A stretch of 64,000 nt of DNA from a plasmid: sequence record NZ_CP028352.1; one strand, 5' to 3'. Shown here piece by piece: positions 8,320 through 18,747 of the stretch (its first letter is position 1; every line of letters begins with the position of its first letter). The notes below the pieces were generated by a model. That model was not told where the DNA came from. It searched no databases and saw nothing but the letters and a program-made list of their open reading frames with translations. The position numbers and the translations under genes are program-made.

Positions 8320-8967
8320 TCAGTTGGTCAGCCATGCGCTGACGCTGAGGTGAGTGGGGTTTTCTGACGTTTCGCCTATAAGCACATCGCCGTATCCGCC
8401 ATCAATTGAGACTGCATAACTGGCGACGTGTCTCGCTATATTCATTGCCGGCAGTATTGCCACCTGCCTGCCGGTGCTGAGCTCAGTAATCCTGAAGTGG
8501 CCATTTCCAGTAACCTTCTCCGGGACATAAACACATGCATCGATGGAGTCGCTCCGATGTGGTACGAGTTGATACCTGATACCCTCAAAGCAGATGCTGC
8601 CGGTGCAAATTTCGTCATCTTCTTCATCCTGCTGCTGCCAGGCACCTGACTCATAGTCCACGGCCCAGGTCCATTCACTCGCATCAATCTGCATGGCCAA
8701 CTGCTCAACGCTGGCTGCTAACATGCCGTAGCTGATCTGCAGTGCCGGACGGATGCTGTATCCTGCACGGACAAATTCAATGCCGATGAATGCTATTTCA
8801 TTACGTTCACTGTCTGTAAGATGGCCACGCACTCTCTGAGCCGCCGAAATAACCATCAGGCGCCCCTCCATGTCAGACAGCGCATGAATGTGTCGCCAGC
8901 CTCTTATGCGCGTAGCATTTTCATTTAATGCCCGACTTATATCGCCGGAACCGAGTTCAGTTGCCAT
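8320..8967 (-). CDS. Hypothetical protein (about 215 aa from MATELGSG)
   Basis: ORF only; acidic central stretch (QQQDEEDDE). Confidence 0.4.
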   Translation of the reverse strand: MATELGSGDISRALNENATRIRGWRHIHALSDMEGRLMVISAAQRVRGHLTDSERNEIAFIGIEFVRAGYSIRPALQISYGMLAASVEQLAMQIDASEWTWAVDYESGAWQQQDEEDDEICTGSICFEGIRYQLVPHRSDSIDACVYVPEKVTGNGHFRITELSTGRQVAILPAMNIARHVASYAVSIDGGYGDVLIGETSENPTHLSVSAWLTN

Positions 8968-9047
8968 TTTCTGTGCCTTACAGGATGGTGCGGCATGGAA
9001 TAAACGCGCGCAGGAGTATTGGGACAAACCCGAACATGAGGTTGTTC

Positions 9048-9081
9048 TGAGAGGGGAAAAAAGAGGGCCCCTAAGGGGCCC
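9048..9081 (-). terminator. Rho-independent terminator after trbC
   Basis: An 8-bp GC stem AGGGCCCC-TAA-GGGGCCCT is followed on the minus strand by a T run (the plus strand reads GAGGGGAAAAAAG). Confidence 0.6.
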
Positions 9082-9178
9082 TTCTAAAATATGCCGACTG
9101 ACATATTTTGTGGGTCGGTTCAGTAAGTACCTTAGCGACTATGTTTTCTGGCATCAGCATGCCCGATTATCTGGCTCT

Positions 9179-11365
9179 CTATGACGCCACCCTCACAGGT
9201 GCCAGGGTCACGTAGTTCTGTGCGGCTTTTTCAATCGCCTCACGACCCGCGCCCATTAGGCGAGGTTCACGCAGGCGCACCTTATAGCCTCTTCCGCGTA
9301 TAGGCAGGCTTTCATTGACCATCCGCCAGAGTACAGCAGAACGGACCGCCGCTGCAGGCGTACGCTTCCAGCTGTACTCACATTCAAGATCAAACTCACA
9401 GACTGCAGCCAGCGCCGGGTCGGTTAGTATCAGATGACAGGTATGCTGCGCGCCTGGTGGCGCGTCCAGTACCTGTAGGATGCGCTGCACCCGCTCGGCA
9501 CGCACGTAACTGCGACGCCAGCGGTAAGGCATGACTGCCAGCAGCCTGGCTTCAGAAGGTGGACTGACCTCCATAAAACGGTTGATGCGCACAGCCTCAT
9601 TCGTGAATTTGTCATTGTCAGAGATATAGAGCGAGCTGCCGCGGACCACCTGGCCCCTGAAAAGAGTAACGTTTTCGCCCTCCTGCAGCGCCTGAACCTC
9701 TTCCACATCGACCTTTTTCTTTTCGCTCACCTGCAAGCGCGGATCATCCCTCAAACCGCTACCGAGGATGCTGCCCTGCTGCACAATGGCGCTCATGTGC
9801 GCACGGTATTCCGTGCCGGCCATCAGCTGCAGGATTTCCAGAGTGTCCTTTGGATCCATAATTTTGCCGGTAATTCGCACACCCATGTTGGCGATCAGCG
9901 TCCATACTGCGTCGCCCGCCGCCGTTTTCAGGCGCTGCACCTCTTGCCCGGCCAGCAACAGGCAGTAGCCCAGCGAGCGGATTTGAGTAGCCAGCTCACC
10001 CACTTTTTCACTGTAGCCGGCGCCCACCTCGTCGATAATCCAGAGCAGCGGAAAGCGGTCCTTGAATTTCCGCACTTTCATATTGTCTTGTGGCCGCCCT
10101 TCGATCTTCTCACCGAGATCCTGACTTAAAATCATGGCCAGCTGAGACTGATAAAGACGGCCCAGAGTACTGCTCTCCGTAGCGGAAAGCTCCAGCGCCG
10201 GTACCAGCACAATCAGGATACGATCGTTATGCACCACGTCCCGGAGGTCGATGTCACCCGCGTCGCGAGCAAACACGTGACCATAGGTGTCGTTGAACAG
10301 GCTTAGCATGCGAGTGTACTGCTGCATCAGGTAGCCGTGCTGGCGGTTCGCCTCGGGATCCCATTCTGATGGCGTGGCCACTTTATCCAGGTCAAAGCCG
10401 GCAAGCGTACTGAGGTAGTTTTCGAGCGCCACACGGATTTCCTCGTGCCACTGTTCCTCAACCGCCTGAACGTAGAGCCCGGCAATTTTTCGCAGCGGCA
10501 GGTGTGCCTGTATCGTGCGCTGCGACATCACCGTGCCTTCACGTCGACTCTTGTAGACCAGCGCTGTCACCAGTGCCTGGTTCATGGAGCGCGCCTTCTC
10601 CTGCCAGTCGCCGCCGCTGCTGCCGGTTTTAGGCAGCATGGAGTCCATCAGGTTGATGGTGTAGGTTTCCTGTGCAATACCGAACACACTGGTGGTATTG
10701 GTCTGCGGTCGCCCCTTCGCGTCTTCAAGTAGCTCCTGCGCACGCGAGCGCCCGCCGGTAATGAAGTTCATCAAGCGCAGGTCGTCTTCACGCCCGAAAC
10801 GGCGGGCCATAGACATCATGGCGAGCGCCACGTCGTTTTGTGCCTTGTGATCAGAAAAAATAACGCCCTTGCCCCAGCACAGTGCGTTGAATACCCAGCC
10901 CAGCAGCGTCTCCGTTTTACCGGCCCCGGTGGTGCCGAACATCAGCACGTGACGCGTAAGGTCGTCCATGGAAAGCCACAGTTCGCGCCCGGCGTCCCTG
11001 CCTCGCAGGTAACCAGCGTACAGTATGCCCGCCGCGCGGCTCGTATGAATGCGCACTGTGGCCACAGGCAGAAAGCCCAGCACCTTCGCCGGCACCTTAC
11101 GATCGGTCGACGGGTCGTCACGGTTCATGTCGGTTGGCATGCGCATTGGCATCTTCCAGCGGCCGGCGGGCATCACGACCAGCGACCAGAACATCAGCAC
11201 CGGTAGGCTCAGCACCAGCGTGGCCGGCCAGATAAAGCCCGCTCCAACGGCAGCCAACATTCCCCAAGCTAGCGTCCCGGTCTCACTCAGCACATCGATA
11301 AGCCATGAGCGGCCTGCGTGCCGGTGGACGCGAGTGCTGTCGAGCACTGAGTTACTGTCCGTCAT
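9179..11365 (-). CDS. trbC: Type IV coupling protein, TrbC/DotL-like, 728 aa
   Basis: N-terminal TM segments, Walker A MFGTTGAGKTE, Walker B LWIIDEVG; size and position match R64 TrbC. Confidence 0.75.
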   Translation of the reverse strand: MTDSNSVLDSTRVHRHAGRSWLIDVLSETGTLAWGMLAAVGAGFIWPATLVLSLPVLMFWSLVVMPAGRWKMPMRMPTDMNRDDPSTDRKVPAKVLGFLPVATVRIHTSRAAGILYAGYLRGRDAGRELWLSMDDLTRHVLMFGTTGAGKTETLLGWVFNALCWGKGVIFSDHKAQNDVALAMMSMARRFGREDDLRLMNFITGGRSRAQELLEDAKGRPQTNTTSVFGIAQETYTINLMDSMLPKTGSSGGDWQEKARSMNQALVTALVYKSRREGTVMSQRTIQAHLPLRKIAGLYVQAVEEQWHEEIRVALENYLSTLAGFDLDKVATPSEWDPEANRQHGYLMQQYTRMLSLFNDTYGHVFARDAGDIDLRDVVHNDRILIVLVPALELSATESSTLGRLYQSQLAMILSQDLGEKIEGRPQDNMKVRKFKDRFPLLWIIDEVGAGYSEKVGELATQIRSLGYCLLLAGQEVQRLKTAAGDAVWTLIANMGVRITGKIMDPKDTLEILQLMAGTEYRAHMSAIVQQGSILGSGLRDDPRLQVSEKKKVDVEEVQALQEGENVTLFRGQVVRGSSLYISDNDKFTNEAVRINRFMEVSPPSEARLLAVMPYRWRRSYVRAERVQRILQVLDAPPGAQHTCHLILTDPALAAVCEFDLECEYSWKRTPAAAVRSAVLWRMVNESLPIRGRGYKVRLREPRLMGAGREAIEKAAQNYVTLAPVRVAS

Positions 11366-12482
11366 GGCTGCCTCCGTTCAAAAACTCAGTGAGCGCCGCC
11401 GGTGAGCTGAGCACGCTCTGCGGCACGTAACGCCCGTCGTCGGAAATCGTCCACGGGGTGCCCGGCAGTCGGTAGGCGTGATACGCAACCTCATTGACGC
11501 CAATAGCGCCGCGGGCAAGTTCAGCGACATTTTCAGCAGGCACGGATGCCGCAGGCGCCTTGCCTGGAACACTGACGCCTGCATCGGCGGAGAAAAGCCG
11601 TTTCCACGCATCGGCCCGCTGAACTTCAGGGAGTGCCATTACCGGCGTCAGCACCTGAAGTGACGATACCCCACCGCGGATGGTGACGGGGAAAATTACC
11701 ACGTTGACGACGTCTGAAGCCGCTTCAAGATGGCGCTCCATGCGCTGACACTCCGGGCAATTTGGGTCAGAAAACACATACACCGTACGTGCGTGACCAG
11801 CCGAAAGGGGGACGGTAAACAGACCGCGTGACGCAGCGTTTCTGAGCTTAGACGGCAGCTCAGCTCGCACATTCAGCGGCAGGTCCCAGCCGTCAGCTGG
11901 CGCAGCGGCTGCTGATTGTTGAGTTTGCTGTTGCGGCGCACCATGGTCGATGTGTTCACCCTTGTCTTGAAGCTGCATCATGGACGGGGCCGCGGGTTCA
12001 GCAGGCGTATTGCGGGCAGGCCCCACTTTTGAGAGGAATTCCTGTCGCGAGTCCACTGTAGTAAGCATTGGGGTGTCATGAGCTGAAAGGAATTTGAAGC
12101 CGGTGATCGGTATTGCAAGCAAAAATCCTGCTGCAATCAAGGCTGCCGCGATATAACTGTACTTCCGCTGCCGCAGGCTGCGCAGGCGCATACTCTCTAC
12201 AGTGGTCATCAGGTCATTAATACAGCGTAGAAGTAATGCTGCATCCTCACCTCGGTAAAGAGGTGTCAGCGCGTCGTGCGCGTTCTGTGCGTAGAGCCCG
12301 TCACTGTGCACCACAAACCACGGCATCTGACGGAGAGAACAAAAGAACAGCATACTAATGCCATTCCCTGTCAGCGATCCCGACTCCGGGCCCCATTTTT
12401 CTTCTGTCTGATAACGTTGGACACTCAGCAAGTCTCCGATAATTTTGGCCACAAACGGGCCTTCTCTGCGAGATAAGTTCAT
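11352..12482 (-). CDS. trbB: Thioredoxin-fold disulfide isomerase TrbB-like, 376 aa
   Basis: CPEC redox motif (VYVFSDPNCPECQRMERHL); position next to trbC as in R64. Confidence 0.65.
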   Translation of the reverse strand: MNLSRREGPFVAKIIGDLLSVQRYQTEEKWGPESGSLTGNGISMLFFCSLRQMPWFVVHSDGLYAQNAHDALTPLYRGEDAALLLRCINDLMTTVESMRLRSLRQRKYSYIAAALIAAGFLLAIPITGFKFLSAHDTPMLTTVDSRQEFLSKVGPARNTPAEPAAPSMMQLQDKGEHIDHGAPQQQTQQSAAAAPADGWDLPLNVRAELPSKLRNAASRGLFTVPLSAGHARTVYVFSDPNCPECQRMERHLEAASDVVNVVIFPVTIRGGVSSLQVLTPVMALPEVQRADAWKRLFSADAGVSVPGKAPAASVPAENVAELARGAIGVNEVAYHAYRLPGTPWTISDDGRYVPQSVLSSPAALTEFLNGGSHDGQ

Positions 12483-12496
12483 ATTGAGATCCTTGT

Positions 12497-13774
12497 TCAG
12501 CGCGCAACGGCGCTTTCAGAAAATTCGTCTTCGCCCGAGCCGGGAAGATAAAGTGCGTCAGGGAACGGAACGTCGCGCTGCGGTTTAGCGCGCTTAGCCC
12601 GCACGTCGCGTGGGTAAACGAGAGCCAGCGTCTCGAGCTCAAGCTGCAGCCCGTCCACGGCCTCGCCAGTCATCAGCGGCGGACGCGGAAGCTTCAGCCG
12701 CGCCGCCATCTGCTCCGCGCGCGCCTGCGCAACAATGCCCGCGCCTTCTACGAATACTTTTGCGGTGTCGGCAGTGTGTAGTCCGTACCACAGAGTGCGA
12801 TCACAGCCCTTAAGCCAGCGGAACCGGGCAGGCGGCAGGCGGAGGTCCCGGCCATAGAGTCCGGCCAGCGCGGATCGGACCGTACCGTGCGTCTCCAGCC
12901 ACTCACTAACGCCGGGGTTTGCCAGCACGCGCGCCACGTGCTTTTCAGCAACCTGCCAGTCGGGCACGCTCCGGAACTCAGGGGGCCGAAACAGACGGCG
13001 GGTCATACACGAACGGTTCAGGTCATCCAGCAGCGTGGTGGCAGCCTTACGGTCATCTGCAAACACTTGCAGGCCAAAGACGGCCAGTAGCGCACGTTCG
13101 TGCGACTGCCACTGATCGGGCATGGTCATCGCCGGGCCAGTCTGCGCATCGAATAAGGCTGTTGCCGCGTCGCGGTCGAGCACCCGGCGCTTAATCAGCC
13201 CGTGCTGCTCCGCAAACTCCTCGGGCTTTAGTGCCCAGGCATTCTCCGGCGTAGTGTCGTTCATCAGGCCATCACCGCGGTGCCCGGACAGAACAGGAAT
13301 AACTGACGGGGCAAAGGTGGCCATCACCCGGGGTAGCGAGTGAATGTCGATCGCGCGCCGGCTGCGAAAGCCCAGCGCAGGGTGACGCGCCAGCGCCCAG
13401 CTGGTCACGGCAACAAACGGCACCATGGGAATAAACAGGATGCCTGCTGTGTGGTTCATGACGTCACGCCATTCGCTGATACCTACTGACTCCGCCCCGT
13501 TACCGGTTGCGGCCAGCAGATTAATGCGTTCTGCGGCGTAACGATGAATGTGCGGGAAGTCAGCAAAGCGCCACATCCAGTAAAGGAACCAGCAGCTCCA
13601 TCGAACAAAGTCTGCAAAAAAGAGCCAGCAAAGCAGGAGCACCACACAACAGGTGACCATCACCATAGCCGGCTCATTACTGCCGGTGGCGTTCGGGTTA
13701 TAGGCTTGCATATGAAAGATTCCGGAAGAGGAGACAGGCTCAGACGACCCGCCAGACTGCAGATAAGAAAACAC
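12497..13774 (-). CDS. trbA: TrbA/DotM-like inner-membrane protein, 425 aa (the true start may be at MQAYNP)
   Basis: N-terminal TM helices; size and order match R64 trbA. Confidence 0.5.
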   Translation of the reverse strand: MFSYLQSGGSSEPVSSSGIFHMQAYNPNATGSNEPAMVMVTCCVVLLLCWLFFADFVRWSCWFLYWMWRFADFPHIHRYAAERINLLAATGNGAESVGISEWRDVMNHTAGILFIPMVPFVAVTSWALARHPALGFRSRRAIDIHSLPRVMATFAPSVIPVLSGHRGDGLMNDTTPENAWALKPEEFAEQHGLIKRRVLDRDAATALFDAQTGPAMTMPDQWQSHERALLAVFGLQVFADDRKAATTLLDDLNRSCMTRRLFRPPEFRSVPDWQVAEKHVARVLANPGVSEWLETHGTVRSALAGLYGRDLRLPPARFRWLKGCDRTLWYGLHTADTAKVFVEGAGIVAQARAEQMAARLKLPRPPLMTGEAVDGLQLELETLALVYPRDVRAKRAKPQRDVPFPDALYLPGSGEDEFSESAVAR

Positions 13775-13822
13775 CGGCGCGGGGCCGGTGTCAGAGGAAA
13801 AACTTCAGGATGTCAGGATGAA

Positions 13823-14506
13823 TCAGATAACCTGCGGGACCACCACGTTGTGTTCAAACTCAACAAAGCGGCTTTGAATGCCTACATGCAGTGGCCAGGG
13901 CTCTTTAGGAAACGATTCAACGTAGCTTTTATGGCTCATCGCACCCAGCGTACTGAACAGCTCTTTAGCCACGAGTGGATGAGCGTTGATGCTCAGCACA
14001 GGCACCTCAGGCTTCTTCGTATTAATGCGTAGCGTATTGCCTTCCAGCTCGCGCTCAGTCCAGTCGTTCATAGTGAGACCGATTACATCAACTAGACCTT
14101 TTTTCACCAGATGGATGTACAGAATATTGCCGGATTTTATATCGACACCCAAATACTGACCACGACCTGCATCCATTACCTGATGCTGCCTGAGCGGGCT
14201 GAAACGCTCGTTACTCGTGAGCAACTTAACCATTTTTTCAAGCTGGCGTCGGCGGGACACTTTCCCATAGCGACGAAAAGCTAAGGGAACGATAAGAGCA
14301 ATCCAGACTAAAATAAAAAAGCCAGCCATGGCGGGATCATCATGACCGCCCGGTTGTTTACCTAAATAGATCATCAGGCTCGCTGCCGTGAAAAAAAACA
14401 GACACGGTAGTGCCATAAAATAATAGACAAACCTCACAACAACCCAAAAACTTTCAGCTTTAGAATCATGTCTTTGCACTGATTTCATGGCAGCCTCCTG
14501 CGGCAA
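13823..14506 (-). CDS. Inner-membrane protein in the excA (entry exclusion) position, 227 aa
   Basis: Two N-terminal TM helices; lies between trbA and traY as excA does in R64. Confidence 0.4.
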   Translation of the reverse strand: MPQEAAMKSVQRHDSKAESFWVVVRFVYYFMALPCLFFFTAASLMIYLGKQPGGHDDPAMAGFFILVWIALIVPLAFRRYGKVSRRRQLEKMVKLLTSNERFSPLRQHQVMDAGRGQYLGVDIKSGNILYIHLVKKGLVDVIGLTMNDWTERELEGNTLRINTKKPEVPVLSINAHPLVAKELFSTLGAMSHKSYVESFPKEPWPLHVGIQSRFVEFEHNVVVPQVI

Positions 14507-14554
14507 TCCCTCTGATTAAATTATACGCACGGCTGTAAATAAAGCCAGGTGTAA

Positions 14555-16690
14555 TTACTTAATCCCATCTTCTTTTGGTGAACCGCTATTAGGTGATTTT
14601 TGCAGGCCTGGAACTCTGCGAGCGCCGCCACCTGCAGCCGCAAACATCCCCTTGACGTCATCAACCAGTCCGCCCATGATTCCTGCCATACCTGCACCGC
14701 CCAGGAAGGTAATCACATAATCCGCAAGCGTGGCCTGAAGGCCAAATACGCGCGTAACACCGAAAGTCGCTATACGTGCGTAAATCAGCAACCAGCCAAT
14801 CATTTTCACTAATCCCATAATTGAATCAGCATTAGCATTTGCTAATCCAGTTCCGAACAGCAGGTTCAGGAGTGTTCCTCCTGCCATCGCCGCTACAGAT
14901 GCAAAGAAGAACCCGAGTACCATTAGTGAGGGACGCAGCATCATGTCGATAAGAAAGATATAACCATATGCGCTGCGGCTTCCCTTATCTTCCTCGGCCC
15001 CTAAATGTGTAGCCGACCACATCGGCCCTGCAGCACAACCCACCATGACGCTGACAATCCAGTTAAAGACTCCGACCATCCAGTAAAGGAAAGGTACCGC
15101 AGGCAGGAAGACTGCAAGGGAAAACCCTACTGCAAAAAGAAGTAACATGACGAAGTAAAAAGGTGTCGAGAGTTCCGTCAGAACATCTTTAACAACAGCT
15201 CCCGGATTAACAAATAGTAACCCTCCAATTTTGCCTAACACTGAATTATCAGCAGTAGATGCCGCCGCAAGTGTCAATGTATAAGCAGCTAAGGCGGTCT
15301 CAGTGGCGCCCAGGGTAAAGTCACCGATAATTTGCATCTTGATTAGAGGATTAACCTGATGTGAGAAATCCGCATCAGTCCCAAATTCATTTGTAGCTAT
15401 TGCTGTTGTGATTTTCTGCATCGGACTTTTATAAAAGCTCACGAATACAGCGCTTGAGTCAGTTGCGTTTAGTGCAGCCCCATCATCTTTAGACGTCTGC
15501 GTACCCAGCGGAGCCGTATAAGTGCTGTTCTGCAACTGTGACCGATAGGCCGTAAACACCTGATGATATAGGTCACCGGTTCCAGTCTCTCCTTGCAGAC
15601 TCGCTCCAGAAGTTACCGGAGCTGCATTGGCCACTTCGTTCGTTTTGCTATTGGCCGTCGCAAACGTATTGTACCAGGCACCCAGCGAAATCCAGCCGTA
15701 GGTTTTGAGCTGCGTTGTCAGCTGACTCTGCAGCGAATCCTTGTAGTTCAGCTGGTTCAGCGCATTATTCACCGTAGTCTCATACGCAGCCGCTGCGTTC
15801 TGAATACTTGTTTCAGGGTCAGCCAGCGTTCCGCTGTCCTGGTCACGCCGGCTTAAATAACTGGTGACATAAGCTTGTGCGGCTGCATCGAGCGTGGACT
15901 GCATGGTATCCAGTGCCCCACGCGAAGCCGTAGTGACACTGGCTGTATTTACCGCTGATCCAAACAGGCTATCTATAACGCCGGTCGAAGGCTCCGGGAT
16001 GCGGGCGCTGCCGCATAGCGCACTGCCGTTGCCAGTGGTGTAGTCGCCGTTCCCGCCCTTAGTCTGCATGAGCGCCGTCCGCGCCTGACCGTCCTGATAG
16101 AGCGAGGACAGTTCACTGTTGGTTGCGTACTTGCACAGGTTCATCTCAAACACTGCGCGCGCCGCCGATCGCGTGGAGGGCGCCGTGGGCTGCACGACCA
16201 GCGACATGCCGCTGCTTATCAAGTCGGCCGCCTTATCTGTAAACAGATTAGCGCTGCCAATGCCCATGGTCGATGCCGCCCACAACATGACCAGCTGCGA
16301 CAATGACCAGCCCGAAGCGGTCGGAATGAGTGTAATAAAGCCAGCAAAACTCATCACCGGGTGCAGCATTGAGCGACCGGCGCTGAAAACTTTACCGTCC
16401 TGCCCACCTTTAAATAATGTTTTTAGCGTTACGATGAGGAACCATACCAGTGCCACCGCGCACAGCACGCCGTTCAGTAACGCAAACAGCGAGCCAATAA
16501 GTGTGGCCTGTCCGGGCTGAAACGGTGTGAGCACCACATCGCCGAAAATCATCACCAGCGCCTGACGGGAAAGGTCACCTGTCTTGCTGGCGGCATCGCT
16601 GATGGTCTGGTAGTCCACGCCGTCGGCTAACGCTGGGCAGGACGCGGCGCACAGCAAAGCCGCCGCCTGAATTTTAGTCAAGAGCTTCAT
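14555..16690 (-). CDS. traY: TraY/DotA-like polytopic membrane protein, 711 aa
   Basis: Signal peptide, many TM segments, size 745-like, position next to the exc gene. Confidence 0.6.
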   Translation of the reverse strand: MKLLTKIQAAALLCAASCPALADGVDYQTISDAASKTGDLSRQALVMIFGDVVLTPFQPGQATLIGSLFALLNGVLCAVALVWFLIVTLKTLFKGGQDGKVFSAGRSMLHPVMSFAGFITLIPTASGWSLSQLVMLWAASTMGIGSANLFTDKAADLISSGMSLVVQPTAPSTRSAARAVFEMNLCKYATNSELSSLYQDGQARTALMQTKGGNGDYTTGNGSALCGSARIPEPSTGVIDSLFGSAVNTASVTTASRGALDTMQSTLDAAAQAYVTSYLSRRDQDSGTLADPETSIQNAAAAYETTVNNALNQLNYKDSLQSQLTTQLKTYGWISLGAWYNTFATANSKTNEVANAAPVTSGASLQGETGTGDLYHQVFTAYRSQLQNSTYTAPLGTQTSKDDGAALNATDSSAVFVSFYKSPMQKITTAIATNEFGTDADFSHQVNPLIKMQIIGDFTLGATETALAAYTLTLAAASTADNSVLGKIGGLLFVNPGAVVKDVLTELSTPFYFVMLLLFAVGFSLAVFLPAVPFLYWMVGVFNWIVSVMVGCAAGPMWSATHLGAEEDKGSRSAYGYIFLIDMMLRPSLMVLGFFFASVAAMAGGTLLNLLFGTGLANANADSIMGLVKMIGWLLIYARIATFGVTRVFGLQATLADYVITFLGGAGMAGIMGGLVDDVKGMFAAAGGGARRVPGLQKSPNSGSPKEDGIK

Positions 16691-16764
16691 GATTTACCTG
16701 CGGGTCAGGTGCTGACCGGATAGGAAAGAGTGGATACCGCCTGAGCGGTCATATCAGGGGCGTA

Positions 16765-17058
16765 TCAGCGGCCGCAGGGGAGTGCAGCGACGTCTCGCAG
16801 GATAAGGTTCATATAGCGCTTAGATACGTCTGCCGTACTGCTAATCAGACAGATAACGATGACAACAACAGTCGCCGGAAGCACTAGCGCGCATGCTGTC
16901 CCAATAAAGCCCAGATAACCCAAGATAACCCATCCCGAAGGGGGCAAGTCTCCTGTAAAAGCAGCCTCCAAAAGGGGCTGTGCCTGCGACCTGCATAAGA
17001 ACATGACAAGCACTATAACGCCCACCCGGGCGATGAAGCTCAGTGCGTTTTTAAACAT
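16765..17058 (-). CDS. Small membrane protein, 97 aa
   Basis: Two hydrophobic helices; within the tra operon. Confidence 0.4.
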   Translation of the reverse strand: MFKNALSFIARVGVIVLVMFLCRSQAQPLLEAAFTGDLPPSGWVILGYLGFIGTACALVLPATVVVIVICLISSTADVSKRYMNLILRDVAALPCGR

Positions 17059-17115
17059 GATATGTGTTCCTGATTATGCCAGCTGATTACCGGCTGAGGA
17101 CGGCGTCAGAAAGGG

Positions 17116-17319
17116 TTACTTCACAAAATGCCACACGTGCTGCGGTACACGATCAAACAATTTACCCGTAGCGAGCTCCGCTTTACGGTGATCATATGCC
17201 TGTGTCATCACAAATATTTCGGCAGCATCTCCAGTGTAACTCACGTGTTCATAAACCTTTTCGAGCGTGTCCGAATTATGAATACGGCGGAATTTATACA
17301 ACCATTCAGTTCGGGTCAT
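17116..17319 (-). CDS. Hypothetical small protein, 67 aa
   Basis: ORF whose start overlaps the upstream gene's stop (ATGA). Confidence 0.35.
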   Translation of the reverse strand: MTRTEWLYKFRRIHNSDTLEKVYEHVSYTGDAAEIFVMTQAYDHRKAELATGKLFDRVPQHVWHFVK

Positions 17320-17738
17320 TAATCACCTCCGTTCGATACGCACCGCAGGGTGCAGATAAACCGGCTAACCGCAGCTGGCTCAAACAGCAGCTGCCCTTCA
17401 GACCTGACAGGAATAGGCAGCGTAATACCACGCAGCCGCTTACCACTACAGACAGCCTGCCAGAGAGCCAGCGGCGCGATGTCTGCCTGTTTTGCAAAAG
17501 CATCGAGCGTCATTAGCGGTGCTCCAGAGGAATCGGCGTTGTTATCCGGTTCCCGATCGTGCCATCGCGCTGCAAAATCCATGGCCTCGGTCTGATCGAA
17601 CATTACGGCTGCGCCGCGCACCTGTATGCGGACAGGCAGCCTCATGCCATCCAGCTCACCTGTCGTGCGTACAGCGTGAAGCAACTCTCCTGACCTTACT
17701 CTCAGCAGGTCGGCAAACACATCAAGTTGCATATACAT
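17319..17738 (-). CDS. Hypothetical protein, 139 aa
   Basis: ORF in the operon; no motif recognised. Confidence 0.4.
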   Translation of the reverse strand: MYMQLDVFADLLRVRSGELLHAVRTTGELDGMRLPVRIQVRGAAVMFDQTEAMDFAARWHDREPDNNADSSGAPLMTLDAFAKQADIAPLALWQAVCSGKRLRGITLPIPVRSEGQLLFEPAAVSRFICTLRCVSNGGD

Positions 17739-17753
17739 TGCTTTACTCCTTTT

Positions 17754-18161
17754 TCAAAATCCCGGCAGTTGACCAGTAGATCGTACGAAGGCGACAGCTA
17801 ATCCTGCAGCAAAGATCAGAAATAACAGCAAATACCGAAACTCCAGTGAACACACAATAAAATAAGCGTACGAGTCTGCATCGGCTTCGTCCTGCACAGG
17901 AAGCAACATGACAACCGCATTATCAAGCACAGTGATCTCCTGCTCATTTGCGCCAGAGACCCGTAGGCTGTGACGCGCTTTGCGCAACTGGCCAAGAGCC
18001 TCAGTAGTGTGCTGTTGGGCGGTAAAGACTTCCCGTTCCCGGATGGCGCGTCGCGCACTGTGTAACAGGTTTAAAATAGTTTCCTTTCGCTCACCCAGAC
18101 GGGCGTTATCCAGCAACGTTATCAACTGGATAAGAACCTGTTCACGCTTTTTACTTCTCAT
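17754..18161 (-). CDS. Hypothetical protein with C-terminal TM segment, 135 aa
   Basis: ORF in the operon. Confidence 0.4.
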   Translation of the reverse strand: MRSKKREQVLIQLITLLDNARLGERKETILNLLHSARRAIREREVFTAQQHTTEALGQLRKARHSLRVSGANEQEITVLDNAVVMLLPVQDEADADSYAYFIVCSLEFRYLLLFLIFAAGLAVAFVRSTGQLPGF

Positions 18162-18747
18162 AGATTTTTACTCCCGTAAGCAGGCCGCCGCTCAGCACCT
18201 GACGGCACCATCGCGTCTCCTGCAGGTAATCCTGAAAACTGCCTCTTTCTGACGTCGAAACCCGCCTCTCCGTGAGCTGCCACAGGCGATAGCTCACCGC
18301 CAGTGCCTGCACGAAGCCGGTCAGGGCGAGCAGCAGGAGCACGATCATCACGCACCCTACTCGCAGCCAGCCGGTGCCGCCGATGCTGCTGCCTGCGGCA
18401 ATCAGCATCATCAGGAAACCCATGACCGGCAGGCCGGTCAGCCACATCATCCCCCACCAGATCCAGCGGCTAACGCGCAGGTTACGTGCAAGACGCACTG
18501 GTGTGAGACCGCTGTCTTCAACCGCCTGTGACCAGTCTGCGGGGCGATAATCTCCAGCACCACGGCCAGCTGTAACTTCCCGGATGCGCTGCCACAGGCG
18601 CGACACATTGCGCCCTGCATGACGCGTCACGCTCGATACCTCCCACGCCGGCAGAAAAATATTCAGCGCTATCCAGCCGGCGCGCTTCGGGGTCACGCGG
18701 GCTTTTTTTACATTCTCCACAGGGTTTCCTGAATCAGACGGTTTCAC
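18151..18747 (-). CDS. Inner-membrane protein, 198 aa (TraX-size)
   Basis: Two or three TM helices; overlaps its neighbours. Confidence 0.45.
   Translation of the reverse strand: MKPSDSGNPVENVKKARVTPKRAGWIALNIFLPAWEVSSVTRHAGRNVSRLWQRIREVTAGRGAGDYRPADWSQAVEDSGLTPVRLARNLRVSRWIWWGMMWLTGLPVMGFLMMLIAAGSSIGGTGWLRVGCVMIVLLLLALTGFVQALAVSYRLWQLTERRVSTSERGSFQDYLQETRWCRQVLSGGLLTGVKIYEK

Noticed and set aside
8968-9027. N-terminal 20 codons of the 8320-9027 ORF, and similarly the extended starts of the 55401-56093, 58634-60460 and 2843-3145 ORFs
   Set aside because: These extensions run into an upstream repeat, terminator or gene. Internal ATG starts with better context were chosen instead.
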